A DNA stretch of 64,000 bases. Origin: Eledone cirrhosa (Eukaryota). This document shows, one piece after another, positions 54,153 through 64,000 of this stretch (positions are counted from its first letter, which is position 1; each line of letters opens with the position of its first letter). The notes under the pieces were generated by a model. The model saw only the letters and a list, made by a program, of their open reading frames with translations, did no database searches and was not told the DNA's origin. Both the position numbers and the translations under genes were made by a program. The DNA lies in the NCBI GenBank assembly GCA_964016885.1, contig OZ024745.1, positions 108,748,001 through 108,812,000 on the forward strand, written 5' to 3'.

Positions 54153-54480
54153 GGTAGTGGATTCGCAGTATTGGTAGAGGGTCGGACGCCATGCTGTGCA
54201 GCATAGAGTTACGGCCCTTTATGATCTGAGTTCAAATCCCGCCGAGGTTAACTTTACCTTTCATCCTTACGGGGTCAATAAAATAAAGTACCAGTCACGC
54301 ACTGGGTCGATTTAATCGACTTTCCCCTCCCCCAAAATTGCTGGCCTTGTGCCTATATAAGAAACCATTATGACTATATATATAGTAATAATGCCTTTCA
54401 TCCTTACGGGGTCGATAAAATAAAGTACCAGTAATACACTGGGTAATTGCTGGCCTTGTACCTAACGTAGAAACAATTAT
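54153..54480 (+). mobile_element. SINE family A long form plus 3' fragment
   Basis: A/B boxes and core. Confidence 0.88.
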
Positions 54481-54682
54481 TACTATATATATATATATAT
54501 GAGAGAAAAATAGCACATCCGGATGCATAGTAAATACAATGAGAAATTATATTGTTGTTCTCTACCCCTTGTAATTGAAAACATACCCTTTTGTGTAGAG
54601 TCCGGTACCTTCTCCTTGAGCTCATTAATTACAGGGCATTAACGGTAGTTTTTCATTAGATATTAAAATTATACACACACAT

Positions 54683-54755
<73 letters not shown>

Positions 54756-54813
54756 TTATTTTTCGCTAATTTCCAATAGCCGAAATACGATTCTCGCTAA
54801 TTTATATTAATAT

Positions 54814-54876
<63 letters not shown>

Positions 54877-55031
54877 TGTCCTGGTTATAATCAAGCAATA
54901 TTCATCTGTCGAGGCTGCATTGTGTGAGATCGGCCTATTGGTAACAAGATGGCCTCTATAGTGAAACACCAATATATGGAACACTACATTATATAGCATT
55001 CTCTCCTTATTTTAATTTATATTCCTTTGAA

Positions 55032-55150
55032 GTTCCGATGAGCCGCTCTGTTTTTAAATATGTTAATTATTTTCAACTAAACCAGATCAATAATAATATA
55101 CAGTCATCTGATCCAGAAATATTATATGGAGTAGCGAAACAATTGTAAAC
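55032..55150 (+). ncRNA. Putative type I hammerhead, U4C core, long stem II insert
   Basis: GTT CCGATGA GC cgctc...gagta GC GAAA CAATTG TA AAC. Confidence 0.5.
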
Positions 55151-55162
55151 GGACATTATTAT

Positions 55163-55352
55163 AGGGCGGCGGATTGGCAGTATCGGTAGATGGTCGGACG
55201 CCATGCTTTCCAGCATAGTTACGTCCCTTTACGATCTGAGTTCAAATCCCGCCGAGGTTGACTTTGCCTTTCATCCTTACGGGGTCGATAAAATAAAGTA
55301 CCAGTAATGCACTGGGTAATTGCTGGCCTTGTGCCTAAAAGTAGAAACAATT
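55163..55352 (+). mobile_element. SINE family A, full length
   Basis: Nearly identical to 48177-48365. Confidence 0.93.
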
Positions 55353-55467
55353 ATTATTAATATTATTATTATTATTCTCTACATTCCTTACATCAAACTA
55401 AAATATGTTGACAATCTTTTAATAATGTCTTCCTTGTGAAATTTGTGGTCTTGTTTTGCTTAACTAA

Positions 55468-55544
<77 letters not shown>

Positions 55545-55774
55545 TTACTGTGAACTGCGGAATACTCTTAATTCCGATCCTCGTATACTTAACGAGCTCC
55601 AAACTGTTCAGCTAATAAATTCGAATGGTTGGGCTGCTCTCTCTACCATTTTCCCCAATCCATGAGAGCCGTTATTTGATGCTAATAATACGTGATTTCG
55701 CCCTACTCTGGGCAGCGTGTATATTAGCTTTCTCTCTATCCATGAGGTTAGATGTGTCGTGAACAGAATCCACA

Positions 55775-55850
55775 TTTGCTGACTGAGGATCCTGTGGGCT
55801 GTTAAACTGCACGTTTCTGTGGTGAAACGAACTAGATTCGTATCAGCAAA
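55775..55850 (+). ncRNA. Full canonical type I hammerhead with stable stem III
   Basis: TTTGCTGA CTGAGGA T CC...GG T GAAA CGAA-ctaga-TTCG TA TCAGCAAA. 8-bp stem I, 5-bp stem III, GUA cleavage after A55842. Confidence 0.88.
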
Positions 55851-56045
55851 CTTATAGTTATAAGGTTGGTAATTTAAAACTCTACTTCAGAGATTTGATT
55901 CTGACTTAGTTTTTTTCTATTTAATTGCTAAGATATTGTTCTCTATACAGTAACGGTAAAACTCACTTGTAATAATTCTTTACACACATCTCACTGTGTA
56001 ACACACTTCTCTTTGTGTAATATATTTGTATATATATATACACAT

Positions 56046-56178
<133 letters not shown>

Positions 56179-56205
56179 CATATAGATATATATATATACA
56201 TATAG

Positions 56206-56340
<135 letters not shown>

Positions 56341-56346
56341 TATACA

Positions 56347-56424
<78 letters not shown>

Positions 56425-56572
56425 TATACATATATATACATATATATACATATATATACATATATATATATACATATATATACATATATATACATATATA
56501 TATATACATATATATACATATATATATATATATATAGCTACCATCAAACACACATATATATGTGTATGTATA

Positions 56573-56622
<50 letters not shown>

Positions 56623-56623
56623 C

Positions 56624-56702
<79 letters not shown>

Positions 56703-56703
56703 C

Positions 56704-56838
<135 letters not shown>

Positions 56839-57137
56839 CATATATATGTGTGTTTAATGGTAGCTACGATGCTTCCATAGTCGGTATGCCGGTTGAGCAC
56901 TCCATGTTCTTACAGAGCAGAGTGTGATATAATATAAAACGAAAAATCAGTGATGCATCTGGACTCAATTTATTATATGTTACAATAGTTTCGCCGGCAG
57001 ACGGCTCGAGACACGATCATTGTGTGGATCTGCCTGATTCTGGAAGCTGCAGGTTTGTCGGACACTGGCAATAATTCGGGATCAAAATTTCTCACTAGAG
57101 GTTTCTTAAGAACTTTCAATGCAAATTGTAGGTTTTG

Positions 57138-57194
57138 CCGTCTGAGGAGCTCAGGCTATCATAACTGATAGTCCTCAGTGAATATATATAACGG
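57138..57194 (+). ncRNA. Degenerate type I hammerhead (one A of GAAA missing)
   Basis: CCGT CTGAGGA gctca GGCTATCA-taac-TGATAGTC ctcagt GAA TATATA TA ACGG. Confidence 0.55.
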
Positions 57195-57261
57195 AGTTTT
57201 AAATGAACCTGAATCAACTGAATATTGCCGCCGATCTTTTATTAATATATATATATATATA

Positions 57262-57438
57262 TACGTAGGTCCCGGGTTGAGTCGGGGATAACCACAGTAA
57301 GTAAGGTACTCAATACATGGCAGAGTAAAATTTTTTTATTTTATAGAAGGAGCTTCTACAGGACTAGTACTGTTTCATTCAGATGAAATCTTCTGAATGA
57401 AACAGTACTAGTCCTGTAGAAGCTCCTTCTATAAAATA

Positions 57439-57446
<8 letters not shown>
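57262..57446 (-). mobile_element. Fold-back element end with HHR truncated at the core
   Basis: Perfect arms of about 50 bp (57333-57383 and 57392-57442). Minus strand reads ca-GAAGA tttcatctgaat GAAA CAGTAC TA GTCC. Confidence 0.7.
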
Positions 57447-57480
<34 letters not shown>

Positions 57481-57711
57481 CAAAGAGGGTGTGGTAAGAT
57501 ACCAGGTGGACCAGAGTACTCAATACTTAGGGTAGTAGAGTGGGTAATAGGAAAAGATTCAGGATCCCGACGGCAGGGGTCGGCTTCCTGACTCTTTTCC
57601 TGCCAGATGGTTGAACGTCTGAAAGTATATACTTTCCTTATGCATATTAACGGCTGAGCAGCCTAATTTGCATATCGAGTGAGTTCAGTCGGCCGGGTGC
57701 ACCGAAAACGA

Positions 57712-57809
<98 letters not shown>

Positions 57810-58058
57810 GAGGGAGGGGGAGAGGGGGAGATAGATTAAGTAGAATCGAAATTGAAACAGTTGTTTAACCAATAAAGTTTGTATATATGCTGCAACACTG
57901 ACTTCGATTCTACTTAATCTGTTACACTGCACACTACAGCCGCTTTAACTCTGGAATACAAACCACATGAGACGGACGTCGAGCAGCATTGAGTACTTCG
58001 AACGGTATTACTGTAGCTACACACCTAACATGCACACACACGCACACACACACACACC

Positions 58059-58119
<61 letters not shown>

Positions 58120-58758
58120 GCACACACGCACACAATTGTGTGTATAATAAAAGCACGTCAGACACCGTGTTTTGTAGCATAGAGTTATGGCCCTTAACGT
58201 TCTGAGTTCAAATCCCACCGCGGTGAACTTTATCTTTCATCCTTAAAGGGTCGATAAAATAAAGCACCAGTAATGCACTGGAGAGGGGGGGGTAATTGCT
58301 GGCCTTATGCCAAAAAGAAGAAACAATTGAAATTATAGGGGAGAATCCCCTATAATTTTAATAAACGACAGAAAGATTTTGACGTATCTGCCCAACAATG
58401 AGAAATGAAGTGTTTAGCTCAAAAACACAAGCCAGTCCAGGAATCGAACCCAAGACATTATGATCGTAAGTCTAACACCTTTACCACTAGGTCACGTGCA
58501 TTCACTTGAGAGTCTAATATTCAGTATGCGTGAAAAAGAAGAAGCTTGTCTTATGACAAACACTGAAATATTTTCAAAACTATTTGTAGCTGTTCACAAA
58601 GCTTGCTACAAGAATATTCCTGCAGAAAAGTAAAAATATTTATATTTAAGCAGACATTTCTTGATGTTTTTCAAGAAAGTTAAGGTGGAAGACAAGGCAC
58701 AATAACAACAAGAAAAATGCTGTCTCTATCTGCCGTAGGTTATATAGACTATTTAAAA

Positions 58759-59071
58759 CAGGGGTGTGCAACATATTCCATTGGTGGGCCACTTTTGAAC
58801 ATTGGAACTATTAGAGCCATTAATATTTATTAAGCACTATTCTAAAGATTCACCACAACTTCTTTCCATAACATGGTACTGAGAAATTATAACGCACATA
58901 GCCCTATCAGTGAACCCCTTTAGTATGGGTCAACTAACAGAATATTGTATAACGGTTACGAAAAAATTATAAATAAGTCTACAAGGTAAATTAAAAACAG
59001 TCAACGCGGGCCACTTTGACTGGTCTGGCGGGCCGGATTGTGGCCCGTGGGCCGCCTGTTGCATGCCCCTG
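58759..59071. mobile_element. hAT (Charlie-like) MITE
   Basis: TIRs CAGGGGTGTGCAAC / GTTGCATGCCCCTG, 8-bp TSD ATTTAAAA/ATTTGAAA, subterminal GCGGGCC motifs. Confidence 0.88.
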
Positions 59072-59524
59072 ATTTGAAACCCTTCCCGATCCCTGTACCT
59101 GAAACCTTTATTCAAATTCGTCACCAGTGGCCAGGAATAAAGAAAGAACAGTAACATTTAAATTACTGTCGTCTGTTTCTGTATGACAGGCAGAATTGTA
59201 ATACTTTGCTGTATTTAGTTATAGAACTTTATGTTCCGAGTTCAAATACAACCGAGGTTAGCTTTGCCTTTCATCCTTGCGGGGTCGATAAAATAAAGTA
59301 CCCATCATGCACTGGGGTCGATTTAAACCCCCCCCCCCCCCCCCAAAAAAAATGTGTTAACCTTGTGGCTAAATCAGAAACCATTTTGTATTTAATGACA
59401 GTGGATTGGCAGTATCGTAGAGAGTCGGGCAACATGTTTTGCGGGATATAGTTACATCCCTTTACGTTCTGATTTCAAGTCCTGCTGACGTTAGCTTTGC
59501 TTTTCATCCTTTCGGGGTCGGTAG

Positions 59525-59760
59525 ACTCTTTCAGCCTCCACACGCTGTCCTGCCGCTACAGTGCCGGCCGCCTTCCACGCCATGCTGCTCTCAACGAGGT
59601 CATAAAGCATGGCTTGGACGCTGCAAGGCTTCCGCTTCCCAGCTAGGGCCGGCGGGGATAGAGCGTGGGGACGACAAAAGACCAGACGGCATCACAATCT
59701 TCCTGTCCCACGGTGGTAAACCCCTCATCTGCGACATTTTCTCCATGCGACACTTGCCCT
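59525..59760 (+). mobile_element. CRE-like LINE fragment
   Basis: Matches 18600-18820 (RHAALNEVIKAWLDAA, RGDDKRPDG). Confidence 0.85.
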
Positions 59761-59966
59761 AGTCGGTACAGAAACTTCAGGTTGGTCCATTACTCTATGC
59801 TCGTGGCTCGGCCGCTTAAAACTGAGGAGCTGTTAACAAAAGCAGGTGAAAAAAGCATAGAATTACTGCAAAGAGCTGAGGTGGCAGTTATATACTCCCC
59901 AGGGTATATACAGGGTGACACAATACGCTAATCACTACCACGTTCATAGCTTACGCAGAACACTAA

Positions 59967-59999
<33 letters not shown>

Positions 60000-60002
<3 letters not shown>

Positions 60003-60170
60003 TGAAATTCCGTTTTAATGAAATTCACGGGGTATAAAAATAATTCGTAGAAAAGAAAAATTCTTTATAACGAGATCGACCTAACTCATCGAGCGTGTGG
60101 CCGGGGATTGAAAAAATAGCGTTATACTGAAAAATTCGTTATAATGGTATTCGTTATAACGGAATTTTAC

Positions 60171-60173
<3 letters not shown>
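60000..60173. mobile_element. Tc1/mariner-superfamily (Tigger/pogo-like) MITE; fragment also at about 35976-36100
   Basis: TA-CAGTGAAATTCCGTT ... AACGGAATTTTACCTG-TA with internal CGTTATA repeats. Confidence 0.78.
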
Positions 60174-60210
<37 letters not shown>

Positions 60211-60215
<5 letters not shown>

Positions 60216-60400
60216 AAAAGAGTCAGGACCCCGACGGCTGAGCTCCGGCCGTTTCCACAGCTATTTCTGAAAAAGCAGTCGAAACGGCCGAAGCCCAGCC
60301 GTCGGGGTCCTGACTGTTATCCTATTACCCACTCTACTACCCAAAGTATCGAGTACTCTGGTGCGTTATGGTCCACCTGGTTCCTTACCACACTTCTTTC

Positions 60401-60403
<3 letters not shown>
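60211..60403 (+). mobile_element. 'GGGGTC' half-hammerhead element with inverted 5' duplication
   Basis: Same family and architecture as 32375-32583. Confidence 0.8.
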
Positions 60404-60451
<48 letters not shown>

Positions 60452-61022
60452 ACTAGAAATTGATTAACATATATATAAACATGAATATCATAATTTTGGA
60501 TATATATATATATATATATAAGAGAGAGAGAGAGAGAAGGTAGATAAACTTTGTATGTAATTTACCTGTAGTTACCTGCTTCCCGTTTCTGAATTCAAGA
60601 TATTCGAATTAATCTTTTTTCTCTCTCTTTGGTTTTTATTTGTTTTCTTTTTTTAGACTATCCTCCACCAATCACCACTCTAGCCAAACCAATACCTCTT
60701 CTGTTCAGATCGATAGCAATAAATTCCAGCCATGTCATGAATTCCGGTAAATTTCGGATATATATATGTGTGTGTGTGTGTTTATGTGTGTGTCTGTTTA
60801 CGTGTGTGTCTGTTTACGTGTGTGTATGGACTGAATTTTGTGAGTTGAATGAATAACAGAAAAGACCAGGTTTAAATGAGTTCTGAGTGTGAATTAATTG
60901 TGGTTAAACTGTGGAGGATGAATGTGTGTTTGTATGGAGTACAATACAGAGCTTCACTGGTAAGACTTTCTAACTCCGCGTTTCAAATTTCGGTATGTTA
61001 TTTGCGACAATGAACAGATTAG

Positions 61023-61091
<69 letters not shown>

Positions 61092-61094
<3 letters not shown>

Positions 61095-61776
61095 ATTGTT
61101 TCTACTTTTGGCACAAGGCCAGCAATTATCCCAGTGTATTACTGGTACTTTATTTTATCGACCCCCGTAAGGATGAAAGGCAAAGTTAACCTCGGTATGA
61201 TTTGAACTCAGACCATAAATGGCCGTAACTCTTTGCTCCAAAGCATGGCGTCCGACCCTCACACATATAATGACTTCTAGAATAGGCGCAACGCCAGTAA
61301 TTTTTTTAGGGAGGGCGGGGGGATGGGGTGCAAGTCGATTAAATCGACCTCAGTGCGTGACTGGTACTTTATTTTATCGACCTCAGTGCGTGACTGCTAC
61401 TTTATTTTATCGACCTCAGTGCGTGACTGGTACTTTATTTTATCGACCCCGTAAGGATAAAAGGCAAAGTTAACCTCAGCGGGATTTGAACTCAGATCAT
61501 AAAGGACCTTAACCCTATGCTGCAAAGCATGGCGTCTGACCCTCTACCGATACTGCCAATCCACCGCCTTACACATATATATATATAATTGTTTCTACTT
61601 TAGGCACAAGGCCAGCAAATTACCCAGTACATTACTGGTACTTTATTTTATCGACCCCGTAAGGATGAAAGGCAAAGTTAACCTCGGCGGGATTTGAACT
61701 CAGACCGTAAAGGGACGTAACTATGCTGGAAAGCATGGCGTCCAACCCTCTACTGATACTGCCAATCCACCGCCCT
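61092..61776 (-). mobile_element. Three tandem SINE family A copies; the middle one has a triplicated 33-bp core segment
   Basis: A/B boxes. ATCGACCTCAGTGCGTGACTGGTACTTTATTTT occurs three times at about 61343-61441. Confidence 0.9.
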
Positions 61777-62133
61777 TATATATATATATATAATCCACCG
61801 CACACATATATATATATAATAGTTACATTTTTCTCTCCAAATTACCAAAACACACATCTATTTGTATATATGCTCTACAATTAATGTACATGTTATGTTT
61901 ATCACATATCAAAGTTTTTTTATATCTTGGTTGATATTTGATAATAACAGCTAAACTAATCACTACAAGTAAATTGACCAAACTTGCCCCACCCTCCAAT
62001 TCAGAAATGCTTCCACTGCCCCCTGGTACATAAGCGCAGGTGTGGCTATGTGACTAAGGAGTTCGCTTTGCAACCACGCAGTTTCGGGTTTAGTCTCCTT
62101 GTGCCTCACCTCCATCGTTGTCAGCACACGCCT

Positions 62134-62184
<51 letters not shown>

Positions 62185-62465
62185 AACAAACCCGCGTTAT
62201 GAATTATAGGAGTTGTTTATGAGTCAGATATTAAGTGACTGAGCACTCAATTTATGTAGGAAGGATATAGGTTTTATTTTTAGAGTCAAAGTACCAAATT
62301 CTTCGAACTTTCGATTTAAATGAGCTTCTTTAGACTAAATACGTGTGTGTCTGTGTGTGTGTGTGTTATTTGTGTGTATATGTGGTATTTATGCGTGTGA
62401 GTGTGTGTGTGTGTAGGTATGTATGCATGTGAGTGTGTGCTATTTGTGTGTATATGTGGTATGTG

Positions 62466-62505
<40 letters not shown>

Positions 62506-62543
62506 AAAAAGAGAGATGGAGAGAGAGAGAGAGAGAGAGAGAG

Positions 62544-62585
<42 letters not shown>

Positions 62586-63070
62586 GGGGGAGAGTCCAAT
62601 TACCAGGGTTGTTCGAGTGTCGGCTAGATATCGCCGCAGTATTTGTTCCATTCGCAGTATTCCGAGTTCAAATTCCGTCGAGGTAACAAAAACTTTGCTT
62701 TCCAGACTTTCGGTGGCAATAATATTACGAATGTTGAATGACAGATTATTATGAGAAAATGGGGCCGGTGGGGGGTGGGGGTGGGGGGAGCACACGCAGG
62801 CCGCTCCGATTCCCGGTGGACTAGCCGACCTCTGCGGCTCCGGCGGACAGAATATAGAAGATGTTTCTCCAGAGGATGGCAAGGAGACTCGCTGGGAGAG
62901 AGCTATTGACGCTCGCGAAAGGTAGGTTAAATGGCAAAACACTAGTGCAGAAATCCGAAGATTGAGCTTCCCTTTCCCACATGGCCTAATGGTGTGCTTG
63001 TTAATTTATGTATTTCTTTATTCAATTCATCGGTTATATATTTTAGTTCAACGCTTATGTTCTTCAGTAA

Positions 63071-63361
63071 GTCTAAAGTCTGTCTTAAGCAAGAAGGCTC
63101 ATTTGGCCGGTGCTTATCTCAGTTTCATGGCGTGAAGCGACTGAGAGTACAAGACTCCCCCCTGGACAGGACGCCAGTCCATCGCAGGGTTAAACCTCCA
63201 GCTATTGCTGGCACTCATTTTCAGCTGAGTATACTGGAGCAACATGAAATGAAATAAAGTGTTTTTGCTCAAGAACACGACACGCAACCCAGGAATCGAG
63301 CCCACGACATTATGATCGTAAGTCCAACACCCTTACCACTAGGCTACGTGCCTTCACTTTT
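63071..63361 (-). mobile_element. SINE family B with 13-bp TSD
   Basis: Matches 33219-33479. TGTTCTTCAGTAA is duplicated at 63058-63070 and 63362-63374. Confidence 0.9.
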
Positions 63362-63518
63362 TGTTCTTCAGTAAATATCTATTTAAACATTCTTACTTGA
63401 ATATACACATGCATTCATGCATACAAACACATATTCATGTGTACGTGTTTGTGTGAGTACGCACTTAAAGTCACAGCCAATTCTTATAACAATATGCATT
63501 TATACAAATATCCACACA

Positions 63519-63573
<55 letters not shown>

Positions 63574-63689
63574 ATGACCATTAATTGTTTCTTAAAAGAA
63601 TTAAAGTACAAATATATATATATATGTGTGTGTGTGTGGAGAAAGAGAGAGTGAGAGAGAAACAGAAAGACTTGGAGATAGCTAGACAG

Positions 63690-63731
<42 letters not shown>

Positions 63732-64000
63732 CACCGATGTATATTGACAATAAAACAGAAATCTGGAGTTTTACGAACGAATTCCTTTGTGACGTTTGTT
63801 CTGCATAGGTCTTAGAAACTCCCTTTTCACTACAACTTCCATTTCTTAACTGGTAATTATTTAAATGACTCGGGATGATGAAGGATGTAGATCTCGGTAG
63901 AATTTGAACTCAGGTGATAAAGGAAGCCAAGTACTGTAATATAACTAATTTTCTAATACATACATAAGTGTGTGCCTATGAAACATATACACCGGGTCCG

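Overview
Eukaryotic, AT-rich and repeat-saturated DNA, most likely an octopod cephalopod intron or intergenic region (inferred from the SINE content and microsatellite density). No host protein-coding gene is supported, and most listed ORFs are microsatellite artefacts. Mobile elements identified: an uninterrupted Penelope-like element (PLE) RT + GIY-YIG ORF (22865-25255, minus, 5'-truncated); a decayed second PLE (1-1360); nine Tx1/L1-group LINE 3' fragments, mostly in (TATC)n; R4/Dong-like and CRE-like restriction-like-endonuclease (RLE) LINE fragments; RTE fragments; a mariner relic; hAT and Tigger-like MITEs; and dozens of tRNA-derived SINE copies. The main hidden layer is RNA. By hand I find about 20 type I hammerhead ribozyme (HHR) motifs, intact or degenerate, in short elements mostly bounded by (TA)n. 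They include core variants (U3-A8, U4C), a 3 x 327-bp retrozyme-like tandem array and palindromes that pivot on ribozyme stem II. At 1778-1839 there is a hammerhead whose three strands are in an order that is not a circular permutation of types I/II/III, a candidate pseudoknotted topology. All folds were read by eye and none has been tested computationally or biochemically.
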